64,000 bases of DNA from Bacteroidia bacterium (GTDB lineage: Bacteria; Bacteroidota; Bacteroidia; JADZBD01). The stretch's first letter is position 1. Each line of letters starts with the position of its first letter. The position numbers and the translations under genes were made by a program. The stretch is from NCBI GenBank assembly GCA_020054095.1, contig JAGVMA010000068.1, forward strand, positions 10,913-74,912, given 5' to 3'. Below the pieces are notes generated by a model. The model had not been told where the DNA came from. It ran no database searches and saw nothing but the letters and a program-made list of their open reading frames with translations. This document shows, one piece after another, positions 1 to 9,713 of this stretch.

Positions 1-621
1 TTGTATGTAACATCTAACTACAGTAATTTTATTCATAAAATAGATGTGTCTGATCCGCTTAACCCACAAATTGAAGATCAATCACTTGATTTAAACCCTC
101 CTACTTTAGGCAATTCGCTTGATCCGCACGAAGTAATTACATCGCCCACGCACGATAAAATATACGTTGCCTGCATGCGCTCTAACGAAGTTCGTGTTTT
201 AAAAATAAAACCATTTCCACAAGACGATAGTTTGCTTGCCGTAGTTCCTACGGGCATTACACCTTTAGAAATGGCATACTCAATACAGAGAAATTTATTG
301 TTTGTAACTTGCATGGAAGATACTGTTTTGTTTTACACCGGGCGCGGGTGCGTAACCGTGATAGATATGAATACCAATACAGTTGTGAAAAATATTAACG
401 TGGGTTATCAGCCACACGGCCTTGCGGTGGATGATTATAACGGAGTGGTTTACGTAGCCAGTCGAAACTATAGTTCAACGGGGCCGGCACCTCACCACAG
501 TTCATCGTGTGGTGGGCGCAATGGATTTGTTACCACTATTGATATAAATACGCTCGAACTTAAATCGGTGCGCAAGCAAGAAGTGGCTGTTGACCCATAC
601 GGAATGGCAATAAAACAATGA
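1..621 (+). CDS. YVTN-family beta-propeller repeat protein (C-terminal part; the gene continues upstream of the window)
   Basis: Frame is open from base 1 with no in-window start. Repeated ~40-aa units resemble YVTN/NHL beta-propeller repeats (VYVA...S..V.VID). Confidence 0.5.
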   Translation: MYVTSNYSNFIHKIDVSDPLNPQIEDQSLDLNPPTLGNSLDPHEVITSPTHDKIYVACMRSNEVRVLKIKPFPQDDSLLAVVPTGITPLEMAYSIQRNLLFVTCMEDTVLFYTGRGCVTVIDMNTNTVVKNINVGYQPHGLAVDDYNGVVYVASRNYSSTGPAPHHSSSCGGRNGFVTTIDINTLELKSVRKQEVAVDPYGMAIKQ

Positions 622-732
622 TTTTTTTATAGACCAACTACTAATAGTGTTAGAATAATTAGATTATTTCGGTAGTTTTCTTTTCCTACTTTAGCACTAA
701 ACAAATAATTAACCACTAAATACTCTAACCAA

Positions 733-2898
733 ATGAAGAAAAATCTACTCCTCGCTTTAGGGTTATCGGTTTTTACACTAACCGGTTTTTCGCAAGCAAA
801 CAACAAAAAACCTCAACACGAGTGCAACGAAAAATGTGGCGTAATGCACCACGAGCAGTATTTGCAGCAAATTAACCCTAATCGTAAAACTCAGCGTGAG
901 CAATACGAGCAGCAATTGCAAGAATACATGGCTGCCAATAAAATTAACCCGCAAACAATGTCAGCGGTGGTTACGGTTCCGGTGGTGGTGCATGTAGTTT
1001 ACCAAAATAATGCTGAAAATATTAGCGACCCACAGGTGTTATCTCAAATAACGGTTTTAAATCAAGATTTTGGCCGCACTAATACTGATGCCAATCAAAC
1101 GCCATCTGCATTTGCGGGGGTAGCGGCAAATTGCTCAATACAATTCTGCATGGCCCAGCGCGATCCTCAAGGAAATCCTACCAATGGTATTACGCGCACG
1201 CAAACTACGCTTAGTTCTTTTTCCACTAACGATGCTGTAAAATTTACATCGCAAGGAGGTAGAGATGCTTGGCCAACTACACAGTATATTAATATTTGGG
1301 TATGTGATTTATCCGGTGGCATACTTGGTTATGGTGAGTTTCCAACAGGAAGCCCAAGCAATACCTTTGGTTTAGTGTGTGATTACGCTTATTTTGGGAC
1401 TACCGGAAATGTAAGCCCTCCATTCAATTTAGGTCGCACAGCAACACACGAAATAGGTCACTGCTTTAATCTGTTTCATATTTGGGGAGACGATGGCACT
1501 TCATGTAGCGGTTCTGACCAATGTGCCGATACTCCCAACCAAGCTGATGAAAATTATGGCTGCCCAACTTTTCCTAATGTATCATGTACAAATGGCCCTA
1601 ATGGTGATATGCACATGAACTATATGGATTATACCGATGATGCTTGTATGAATATGTTTACACAAGGTCAATCAACGAGAATGAATGCCGTATTGAGTAC
1701 TACACCTTATAATGCACTTACAACTTCAAACGGTTGTCAACCGGTTAACCAAGTAGGTTTAGATGCAGGCATATTTGGTATTATTTCGCCATCGGGCAAT
1801 TTATGCAGCACCACATTTACTCCGCAAGTTACGCTTCGTAATTTCGGAACAACCGCTTTAACATCGTGTGTTATAAATTACCGCATAGATAATAATACTA
1901 ACCAAACATTTAACTGGACGGGTAATTTGGCAACAAACACAACTACCAACGTTACGTTACCACCAATGACCACAACCGGTGGCGCGCATACATTTACCGC
2001 ATTTACCACTAATCCTAATAACGGAACAGATGGTCAATCATCTAACGACCAAATGGTAGGAAGCTTTAACGTATTCTCTTCGGGGCAAAACCTGCCATTT
2101 ATTGAAGGTTTTGAGGGTACAGCATTTGTTCCACCTAACTGGACATTGAATAACCCTGATGCTTCTACAACTTGGATACGTACTACAACGGCCGCCAAAA
2201 CAGGCGTTGCCTCTGCAAGTATTGATAACTATAATTACAATGCCAGTGGTGAGCGCGATGAAATGGTTACTCCGCCAATTAACCTATCATCAATGCAAAG
2301 TCCGCAATTAACATTCCAAGTGGCATATCGGATGTACACCGATCCGGCAAGTAATCCTAATTTCTCTGATTCATTGCGCGTATTAGTATCTACTGATTGT
2401 GGCGTAACTTATACCAGCATCTATTTCAAATTTGGAACACAGTTAACCACCATTACTCCTACATTCAGCAACACACAATTTGTGCCTACTCAAAACCAAT
2501 GGAGAATGGAAACTGTGAGTTTAACTTCTTACGCATCGTCTCAAAATGCAATTTTCAAATTCCGTAACATTACGCAATACGAAAACATGCTTTACATTGA
2601 TGATATAAATATTAATGGTGTTACCAGCATAAACGAAAACATATTGAACGCTAACATTAATGTTTTCCCTAACCCTGCTAATACCGAAGTGTTTGTTGAT
2701 ATAGCTAACATTACTGAAACCGATCTTACAATTAAGGTTTATGATGTGGTAGGGCAGTTGGTAGATGCAGTAATGGTACAAAACACCGTAGGTGGCACTT
2801 ACCGTTTTAACATGGCTGATAAACAAAATGGAGTTTATTTCATTGAAGTATCAACAAATGGTGGCACAGTTACCAAAAAACTATTGCTAACTCATTAA
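733..2898 (+). CDS. M43-family zinc metalloprotease (cytophagalysin/pappalysin-like) with a T9SS C-terminal sorting domain
   Basis: N-terminal signal peptide. Zinc-binding motif HEIGHCFNLFH (an HExxHxxGxxH variant with N in place of G). C-terminal ~80 aa has the Por/T9SS tail pattern (NPANTEVFVDI...GVYFIEV). Confidence 0.8.
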   Translation: MKKNLLLALGLSVFTLTGFSQANNKKPQHECNEKCGVMHHEQYLQQINPNRKTQREQYEQQLQEYMAANKINPQTMSAVVTVPVVVHVVYQNNAENISDPQVLSQITVLNQDFGRTNTDANQTPSAFAGVAANCSIQFCMAQRDPQGNPTNGITRTQTTLSSFSTNDAVKFTSQGGRDAWPTTQYINIWVCDLSGGILGYGEFPTGSPSNTFGLVCDYAYFGTTGNVSPPFNLGRTATHEIGHCFNLFHIWGDDGTSCSGSDQCADTPNQADENYGCPTFPNVSCTNGPNGDMHMNYMDYTDDACMNMFTQGQSTRMNAVLSTTPYNALTTSNGCQPVNQVGLDAGIFGIISPSGNLCSTTFTPQVTLRNFGTTALTSCVINYRIDNNTNQTFNWTGNLATNTTTNVTLPPMTTTGGAHTFTAFTTNPNNGTDGQSSNDQMVGSFNVFSSGQNLPFIEGFEGTAFVPPNWTLNNPDASTTWIRTTTAAKTGVASASIDNYNYNASGERDEMVTPPINLSSMQSPQLTFQVAYRMYTDPASNPNFSDSLRVLVSTDCGVTYTSIYFKFGTQLTTITPTFSNTQFVPTQNQWRMETVSLTSYASSQNAIFKFRNITQYENMLYIDDININGVTSINENILNANINVFPNPANTEVFVDIANITETDLTIKVYDVVGQLVDAVMVQNTVGGTYRFNMADKQNGVYFIEVSTNGGTVTKKLLLTH

Positions 2899-2920
2899 TT
2901 CAATTTCTAATTTCTGATTT

Positions 2921-2956
2921 AAAAAAACCTCTCGAATGCATTCGAGAGGTTTTTTG
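2921..2956. terminator. Rho-independent terminator, bidirectional hairpin
   Basis: A7 run, then a perfect 9-bp stem (cctctcgaa / ttcgagagg, 2928-2936 and 2941-2949) with loop tgca, then T6. Confidence 0.8.
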
Positions 2957-3013
2957 CTTTTTACAATTATATATCTACATTAGCAATCAGAAACCTTCAA
3001 GCTAAACGAAATC

Positions 3014-4285
3014 ATGAAAAAAACCTTACTAACTTTTGCATCGGCAGCTTTGTTATCATTGCCGCTAATTGCCCAAAATGGCCGCACATGCGGTACAGCA
3101 CCCATGCCCCAAGATTGCGACTGGATTACTAAAAAAATATTAGAAGACGCTGCCAATAAATTATCACCGGATGATGCTCAGGCAGTATACAATATACCCG
3201 TAATTGTTCACGTTATACACAATGGCGAAAACGTGGGAACGGGAACAAATGTCAGCCAAGCTCAAATTAATTCACAATTTGATGTTCTCAACGAAGACTT
3301 TAATAAATTAAATGCCGATTTCACTACCGTGTGCCCATCCGTATTTCAACCAGTGGCAGCTGACTGTGATATTAACTGGTGCAAAGCATTGCGTGACCCA
3401 CAAGGTAACACACTTACTGAGCCTGGAATAGACCGCATTAACAGAAATACAATGGGATGGACTGCACCTCCATATAGCACGTCTTATATTAATGGTACAA
3501 TAAAACCTAATACAATATGGGATGTGAACAATTACTGTAATATATGGATTATGAATTTAGGAGGTGGGCTTTTGGGCTATGCTACTTTCCCTGCCGGATC
3601 TACTCTTACTTGTCTATCCACCCCATTTGGCAATACTACCAACGATGGTGTTGTTTGTCTTTATAATGCTTTTGGGCGTGTAGGTAACGTAGCAGCACCA
3701 TTCAACAAAGGTCGTACTGCAACACACGAATTAGGTCATTGGTTAGGTTTGCGTCACATTTGGGGCGATGCCAACTGCGGTTCAGATTGTGTTACTGATA
3801 CTCCTGCACAACAAACATATAACTTCGGCTGCCCCACTTTCCCTTCAGTTACATGCAACAATGGCCCTAATGGCGATATGTTTGTGAATTATATGGATTA
3901 TGTGGATGATGCTTGTATGGTAATGTTTACTACCGGCCAGCGCACACGTGTACAAACCTGTATGGCTAATGGAACATATCGTGTGCCACTTAATAACTCT
4001 ACAGTTTGTTCGCTATCTACATCAGTTAATGATATTGATAACAAGAACAAATTTAACCTATACCCTAATCCTACATCCGGTATAGTTACCATTGAGCCAT
4101 TGGATAATTCAACTAATGTGAACTTGTTGATAACCAACGCAGTTGGCGAAATAGTATTTTCGCAACAATACACTACTATGCAAAAAACCAATGTTGATTT
4201 AACAAGTTTTGGTGCGGGAGTTTATTTTGTAGAAATAAGCAATGCAATCGGTAAGTCAACTCAAAAACTTGTTTTATCTAAATAA
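3014..4285 (+). CDS. M43-family zinc metalloprotease, paralog of the upstream gene, with a T9SS C-terminal sorting domain
   Basis: Canonical HELGHWLGLRH (HExxHxxGxxH). Signal peptide. T9SS tail (LYPNPTSGIVTIE...GVYFVEI). Clearly similar along its length to the 733..2898 protein. Confidence 0.8.
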   Translation: MKKTLLTFASAALLSLPLIAQNGRTCGTAPMPQDCDWITKKILEDAANKLSPDDAQAVYNIPVIVHVIHNGENVGTGTNVSQAQINSQFDVLNEDFNKLNADFTTVCPSVFQPVAADCDINWCKALRDPQGNTLTEPGIDRINRNTMGWTAPPYSTSYINGTIKPNTIWDVNNYCNIWIMNLGGGLLGYATFPAGSTLTCLSTPFGNTTNDGVVCLYNAFGRVGNVAAPFNKGRTATHELGHWLGLRHIWGDANCGSDCVTDTPAQQTYNFGCPTFPSVTCNNGPNGDMFVNYMDYVDDACMVMFTTGQRTRVQTCMANGTYRVPLNNSTVCSLSTSVNDIDNKNKFNLYPNPTSGIVTIEPLDNSTNVNLLITNAVGEIVFSQQYTTMQKTNVDLTSFGAGVYFVEISNAIGKSTQKLVLSK

Positions 4286-4308
4286 TTTTTAATTTTTTTT
4301 ATGCAAAG

Positions 4309-4340
4309 CGCTCCGCCCAAAGGCGGAGCGTTTTCTGTTT
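4309..4340 (+). terminator. Rho-independent terminator of the M43 protease gene
   Basis: Perfect 9-bp stem (cgctccgcc / ggcggagcg) with loop caaa, followed by ttttctgttt. Confidence 0.75.
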
Positions 4341-4360
4341 CAATACGTATCTTTGCGCAC

Positions 4361-5509
4361 ATGGAACAAGTTTTTAACCTTACTACTGATAAAAAATTAA
4401 AAGCAATTGCCGAAAAAGTAATAGCAACTGAGCGAATTAATAACGAAGAAGGGCTGATGCTTTATCAGGCAGACCTTGCTTTTGTAGGTGCATTGGCAAA
4501 TTACATCCGTGAAGAAAAACACGATAGCAATACCTATTTCAATAGAAACTTCCACATTGAACCAACAAATATTTGCGTTTTCGATTGTAAGTTTTGTTCC
4601 TATTCGCGCTTATTGAAACAAAAGGATGGGCAATGGGAATTAACTGCCGACCAAATGTTCGATATTGTAAAATCGTATGATGGGCAGCCTGTAACTGAGG
4701 TTCATATTGTGGGCGGAGTACATCCTAAAATGGGCCTTCAGTTTTTTGCCGATATTTTAAAGCGGATAAAAAAACATCGCCCCGATTTACATATAAAAGC
4801 ATTTACTGCCGTAGAATTAGAATATATGTTCCGAAAGGCTAAGTTGAGTTTTGCCGATGGATTAAAATTGCTGAAAGAACATGGTTTAGACTCTTTGCCC
4901 GGTGGAGGTGCTGAGATTTTTGATGAATCTATTCGTAATCAAATAGCCGAAGATAAATGCACATCGGAACAGTGGCTCGAAATACACGAAACTGCACACC
5001 AACTTGGAATACCATCAAATGCTACAATGCTTTACGGCCATCTGGAAAATTACGAACACCGCATTAATCACATGCATCGTTTGCGCGATGTGCAAGACAG
5101 AACAAACGGGTTTAATACTTTTATCCCACTTAAGTTCAGAAACAAAGACAATCAGATGTCGCACATTGCGGAGGTGAGTGTGATAGAAGATTTAAAAAAT
5201 TACGCAGTATCGCGTATTTACTTGGATAACTTTTCGCACATAAAAGCTTATTGGCCAATGATTGGGCGCACTACGACACAGCTTTCGCTTTCTTTTGGAG
5301 TAGATGATATTGATGGCACTATTGACGATAGTACAAAAATTTACACCATGGCCGGTTCTGAAGAACAAATTCCAAAACTTACCACACAACAATTAGTAGA
5401 GCTAATAAAAAATGTAAAACGCACGCCTATTGAGCGCGACACGCTTTATAATATTGTGAAAAATTATATGGATTACGATTTTGCTTCAGAAAAAACAACA
5501 CTCGCTTAG
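4361..5509 (+). CDS. Radical SAM enzyme of the futalosine menaquinone pathway, MqnC/MqnE (CofH-like) family
   Basis: CxxxCxxC cluster (CVFDCKFC) ~75 aa from the start. ~380-aa length and overall pattern are typical of MqnC/MqnE. The start is moved to the internal ATG at 4361 because the 4301 start contains the upstream terminator hairpin. I cannot tell MqnC from MqnE by eye. Confidence 0.65.
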   Translation: MEQVFNLTTDKKLKAIAEKVIATERINNEEGLMLYQADLAFVGALANYIREEKHDSNTYFNRNFHIEPTNICVFDCKFCSYSRLLKQKDGQWELTADQMFDIVKSYDGQPVTEVHIVGGVHPKMGLQFFADILKRIKKHRPDLHIKAFTAVELEYMFRKAKLSFADGLKLLKEHGLDSLPGGGAEIFDESIRNQIAEDKCTSEQWLEIHETAHQLGIPSNATMLYGHLENYEHRINHMHRLRDVQDRTNGFNTFIPLKFRNKDNQMSHIAEVSVIEDLKNYAVSRIYLDNFSHIKAYWPMIGRTTTQLSLSFGVDDIDGTIDDSTKIYTMAGSEEQIPKLTTQQLVELIKNVKRTPIERDTLYNIVKNYMDYDFASEKTTLA

Positions 5510-7473
5510 CTCCCGAGTTTTTTTATTGCTTTAAATATTATTGTTAAATCATTCCAAGCACGGTAGTCTTTGGCGTAAAGCATGTTGATTCTATCAGCAG
5601 TTTCTTGATTAATGTTTTTATTTCCAGATGCTGTGGATGGAAGAATAATCCCCGGCTTTATAAAAGTAAGTTTTTTGTTCTGTATTGTTTTATCCTCGAT
5701 ACCCACCCAAGTTTTTAATCCCAGCCCTACAGTAAAAATATTTCCTAAAAATCGGAAAGGATTTTTTACAATAAAAAACAAAATAGGTAACAGCAGTAAT
5801 AACAAAGTGCTTACGGTTATATCTATAATACGTTTGTTTCGTTTATTTATTGGTTTTGATATTGAGTTAATATCAATTGTATATAAATCGCCCGAAGTAT
5901 CAATGGAATTGCTGCCAATAACAGATAGACTTTCGGGAGGAGCAATTTTATAATCAACCGGATTGTCGCCAGATTTCAGCATGTTATCAATAATGATTTG
6001 CGCTGCTACATCTTTCGCACAAAAAATTACTTCATCTATTTTGTAAATATCAATCGCTTCTTGTAGTTGACTTATGTTGCCAAGTGTAACCTCTGTTTTT
6101 TTATTTTCTGTATTTTCTGATACAAGAATTTGCCCTACAAAAGATGTTTTTAAGTGCGTTTGTTTTAGCAAATTATTCACTCTTTTAAATTCATCGGCAT
6201 CGCCTACAATGGCAATTCGTTTATTCTCGTTTGCATTCAGCAAATGGTTTTTTATTCCCAATAAGTGTAATGTAATTCTTAGAAAGGTAATTATTGCTGC
6301 TGCCCAAGCCGCACCAATCAATATAAGTGCTCGTGAAAATCGTAACGATTCGGGTAACAACGCATAAATTACCAAAATACCAATAGTGCCAACTACAATG
6401 CCTCTAACAATTTTCGAAATTTTCAGGGATTTATCGTAGCCGCCACTTAAATAGGTCGTACATAGCCAAACAAAAATATAGGTTGGTACCACATATAGCA
6501 TGTATTCGGGTGGATAGAAACCACTTTCTTCTGATTTTATTTCATGTTCATAGTAATTTTTTATGAAATAAAATCCACAATATATTAATAGGGAATCAAC
6601 AAGCGGTAAAAATATTTTTTTTATAAAACGCGAAACAATGGCCGCAGCTGCTCTCAAATAGATAGCAAGTTTTATAAAAAAAGAAAAAAGTTTTGCGTTG
6701 CCTTGAGAGAAGTGCTTACGTGCAAAAATTATCATTGCGTTGTAAAACACAAACACATAGTTCACACTCGATTTTTTTGTGCTTTCGCCCTTATAGTGAA
6801 TAATGCGTGTGCCTGAGTAATAATAGTTTTTATATCCCGCTTTTATAATTCTGTATGATAAGTCCACATCTTCTCCATACATAAAAAAATCTTCATCAAG
6901 CAAACCCACTTTGTCTAAAACAGTTTTTCGCATCATCATATATGCGCCCGATAAAATTTCGATGCTGTGATTTTCATCTCTGTTTAAAAATCCTAAATGA
7001 TATTTCCCGAAAATTTTAGATGATGGAAATACGCGCGCAAAACCAAAGATTTTAAAGAACGCAACTGCCGGTGTTGGTAATCCCCTTTTTGATTCGGGTA
7101 AAAAGTTTCCTTTCCCATCTATCATCTTCACCCCAAGTCCGCCTGCATCAGCGCGCTCATCCATGAATTTTGCGCATTTTACAAATGTGTCTTCTTCTAC
7201 AATGGTATCAGGGTTTAACAATAAAATATATTCACCGGTTGCTATTTTAATTGCTTGGTTATTAGCAAACGAAAAACCGGTGTTTGTTTTATTTTCAATT
7301 AGTTTTATTTCCGGAAATTTTTGTTTTATCATCGCAACCGATCCATCTACCGAGTTATTATCAACCACAAAAACTTCGGCCAACATATTTTTAGTAGCCT
7401 TGCGCACCGAGTGGAGGCATTGTTCTAAAAAATGCTCAACATTATAGTTTACTATTATTACCGATAGTTTCAT
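5506..7473 (-). CDS. Fusion protein: N-terminal family-2 glycosyltransferase joined to a polytopic membrane region, a Rossmann-like region and a short sugar-transferase (PGT)-like C-terminus
   Basis: N-terminus VIIVNYNVEHFLEQCL...VVDNNSVDGS with the DxD region, typical of GT2. C-terminal half has 5 predicted TM helices, then a KRIIDITVSTLLLLLLPILFFI helix, then KPGIILPSTASGNKNI...AKDYRAWNDLTII, which resembles the PGT motifs (PGITGxWQVxGR ... YxxNWSxxLDxKIL). Confidence 0.6.
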   Translation of the reverse strand: MKLSVIIVNYNVEHFLEQCLHSVRKATKNMLAEVFVVDNNSVDGSVAMIKQKFPEIKLIENKTNTGFSFANNQAIKIATGEYILLLNPDTIVEEDTFVKCAKFMDERADAGGLGVKMIDGKGNFLPESKRGLPTPAVAFFKIFGFARVFPSSKIFGKYHLGFLNRDENHSIEILSGAYMMMRKTVLDKVGLLDEDFFMYGEDVDLSYRIIKAGYKNYYYSGTRIIHYKGESTKKSSVNYVFVFYNAMIIFARKHFSQGNAKLFSFFIKLAIYLRAAAAIVSRFIKKIFLPLVDSLLIYCGFYFIKNYYEHEIKSEESGFYPPEYMLYVVPTYIFVWLCTTYLSGGYDKSLKISKIVRGIVVGTIGILVIYALLPESLRFSRALILIGAAWAAAIITFLRITLHLLGIKNHLLNANENKRIAIVGDADEFKRVNNLLKQTHLKTSFVGQILVSENTENKKTEVTLGNISQLQEAIDIYKIDEVIFCAKDVAAQIIIDNMLKSGDNPVDYKIAPPESLSVIGSNSIDTSGDLYTIDINSISKPINKRNKRIIDITVSTLLLLLLPILFFIVKNPFRFLGNIFTVGLGLKTWVGIEDKTIQNKKLTFIKPGIILPSTASGNKNINQETADRINMLYAKDYRAWNDLTIIFKAIKKLGS

Positions 7474-7474
7474 T

Positions 7475-8089
7475 TTAAAATGCTCGTTCGTATGGAACCC
7501 TGTTTACTATTGAACGCCCAAGTGTTATTTCATCAGCATACTCAAGTTCATCACCGATAGATACACCGCGAGCGATGGTGGTAATATTTATGCTGGCAAA
7601 ATCTTTCATGCGCTTGTAAATATAAAAGTTAGTGGTATCGCCTTCCATAGTGGTGCTTAGTGCCATTATTATTTCTTTTATCTCGTTTCGTTTTGCCTTT
7701 TCTACTAACGATTCAATCGTTAAATTGGATGGCCCAATTCCTTCCATAGGAGAAATTAATCCACCTAAAACGTGATATACACCTTTATATTGTTGTGTAT
7801 TTTCAATGGCCATCACATCGCGCACATCTTCAACCACACAAACGGTTTCCATGTCTCTTTTTGGCGATGCACATATCTCACATATTTCGTAATCAGAAAT
7901 GTTATGACAGTTTTTACAAAACCTTATTTCATCTTTAAGTCGTAAAAATGTGGTGCCGAATAAATCAATCTCGCTCTTTTCTTGTTTCAGCAAATGAAGC
8001 ACAAAGCGCAATGCCGTTTTTTTACCCACACCCGGTAAACTCGAAAATCGGTTAACTGCTTCTTCAATCAGTTTCGAAGAAAAATTCAT
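7475..8089 (-). CDS. recR: Recombination protein RecR
   Basis: HhH region ([13 protein letters not shown]), C4 zinc finger (CKNCHN...CEIC) and Toprim region. The start is set at the internal Met ([10 protein letters not shown]), giving ~205 aa, rather than the 272-aa ORF-track call. Confidence 0.85.
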   Translation of the reverse strand: MNFSSKLIEEAVNRFSSLPGVGKKTALRFVLHLLKQEKSEIDLFGTTFLRLKDEIRFCKNCHNISDYEICEICASPKRDMETVCVVEDVRDVMAIENTQQYKGVYHVLGGLISPMEGIGPSNLTIESLVEKAKRNEIKEIIMALSTTMEGDTTNFYIYKRMKDFASINITTIARGVSIGDELEYADEITLGRSIVNRVPYERAF

Positions 8090-8144
8090 GCTATAAAAAT
8101 AGCAATAAATTACCCTTTCCATGTTTTTAATAACTTTGGTTGTC

Positions 8145-9713
8145 ATGAAAAAATTGAAAACATACTGTTTTATTTTCATACAGTTTTTTTGTGCTGTCAT
8201 TTTTGCAAATGCTGGCGATACTTTTTTTTCTGCATCTATTGTGCATGATATAAATGTGATTTTTTCGCAACCCGCTTTTTGGGATTCGCTCACAAGCTAC
8301 AAGGCAATTAATGACATAAACCCGCAAGCGCCTGCTCTGTTTTTAAAAGGAAATGTAATTATTGATGGAGTTCCACTTAATTTGGTGGGAGTAAGACTAA
8401 AAGGAAATTCGAGTTACGCACATCCGGGACAGAAGAAACCGCTTAAAATTTCGTTTGATGAATTTGTAAGCGGGCAAGAATATGATGGGTTGAAATCTTT
8501 TCATTTAAATAACAGTTCATTTGACCCCACGATGATAAGAGAAAAAATGTTTTTGGATATTCTAAATAAACATCAGTTGGCGGCACCGCGTTGCGCATTT
8601 GCACGCTTAAGTTACAATGGTAATTACGTTGGACTTTATAAAGTTATTGAAACAGTTGATAAAACTTTTTTAAGAGATAGATTTAATGATAACGATGGTA
8701 ATTTATTTAAAGGTGATCCGATTACGCCATTGAAATGGGAAGGCACAAGCCAATCTGCCTATTACGATAACTTTGAGTTAAAAACAAACGAAATACTAAA
8801 TGACTGGTCGGATTTGGTTCAGCTTATTAATGTTATTAATAATAGTGGTTCAAGCTTTAAAACGCTCATTGAACAAAATTTCGATGTACATACCTATTTA
8901 AAAATTTGGGCTGCAAATAATTTGTTCGTGAATTTTGATACCTACTTTATAAATCCACATAATTTTTATTTGTATAACGATTCAGCAGCAAACAAATTTA
9001 GGTGGATATCTTGGGACATTGGACTTGCATTTGGTGTCTACCCTTCTTTCTGGAACAGATCTCCGGCAGAAACAGATATACTATACTTGCCCGGTAATCC
9101 GAACGATTTACCATTGAGCAAAAATTTATATGAAGTAGAAGAATACAAAAACGAATATTTGGCCTATGTGTGTGAATTTATGTATGATGATTTTGTGCCG
9201 GCAAAGCTTTATAAAATTATTGACAGTTTGGCAATCGTAACTCGCCCTCATATATATGCCGAGCCCGATTCAAATCAAATGTATAACGAATCGCAGTTCG
9301 AGGGCAATTTGAATTTTTCAAGTACTCAATTGTTTTTTGGCAGCCAAGTACCCGGCATAAAAACTTTTATTGCCGAGCGATGGAGTAAAGTAGCGCAGCA
9401 ACTTTGCGAATACAATTGGAGTTGTATTTTGGGCGGATATTACGAAGTAACAGACGAGAATTACTCAATCTTATTCCCCAATCCGGCCACCGATAAATTA
9501 AATGTTAGTTTTTCTTTCCCTGAATACAATGCTGCTTTTGAATATAAAATTGTTGACATGGCAGGTAATGTTTTGCTGCACGAAAACAAATCACTTGTAA
9601 GAGGCACAACCACACAAATAATAAACATTGCTAATTTAGCTGCCGGAGTTTATGCGTTATATATAAATGCCGGTTGCAGAGATGTTCGCAATAAATTTGT
9701 AGTTATAAAATGA
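8145..9713 (+). CDS. CotH kinase-family protein with a T9SS C-terminal sorting domain
   Basis: CotH-like blocks (VRLKGNSS...[11 protein letters not shown]; [19 protein letters not shown]...DGNLFKG; [11 protein letters not shown]). Signal peptide after Met at 8145. C-terminal T9SS tail ([15 protein letters not shown]...GVYALYI). Confidence 0.65.
   Translation: MKKLKTYCFIFIQFFCAVIFANAGDTFFSASIVHDINVIFSQPAFWDSLTSYKAINDINPQAPALFLKGNVIIDGVPLNLVGVRLKGNSSYAHPGQKKPLKISFDEFVSGQEYDGLKSFHLNNSSFDPTMIREKMFLDILNKHQLAAPRCAFARLSYNGNYVGLYKVIETVDKTFLRDRFNDNDGNLFKGDPITPLKWEGTSQSAYYDNFELKTNEILNDWSDLVQLINVINNSGSSFKTLIEQNFDVHTYLKIWAANNLFVNFDTYFINPHNFYLYNDSAANKFRWISWDIGLAFGVYPSFWNRSPAETDILYLPGNPNDLPLSKNLYEVEEYKNEYLAYVCEFMYDDFVPAKLYKIIDSLAIVTRPHIYAEPDSNQMYNESQFEGNLNFSSTQLFFGSQVPGIKTFIAERWSKVAQQLCEYNWSCILGGYYEVTDENYSILFPNPATDKLNVSFSFPEYNAAFEYKIVDMAGNVLLHENKSLVRGTTTQIINIANLAAGVYALYINAGCRDVRNKFVVIK

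Noticed and set aside
4301-4360. ORF-track start of the radical SAM gene at 4301 (MQSAPPKGGAFSV...)
   Set aside because: These 60 bp contain the perfect terminator hairpin of the upstream protease gene (cgctccgcc / ggcggagcg plus a T-run). The conserved protein begins at the internal Met at 4361.
8090-8293. 68-aa N-terminal extension of recR in the ORF track
   Set aside because: RecR homology starts at [10 protein letters not shown]. The extension has no RecR-like sequence, overlaps the divergent CotH gene and its promoter, and would make an atypically long RecR.
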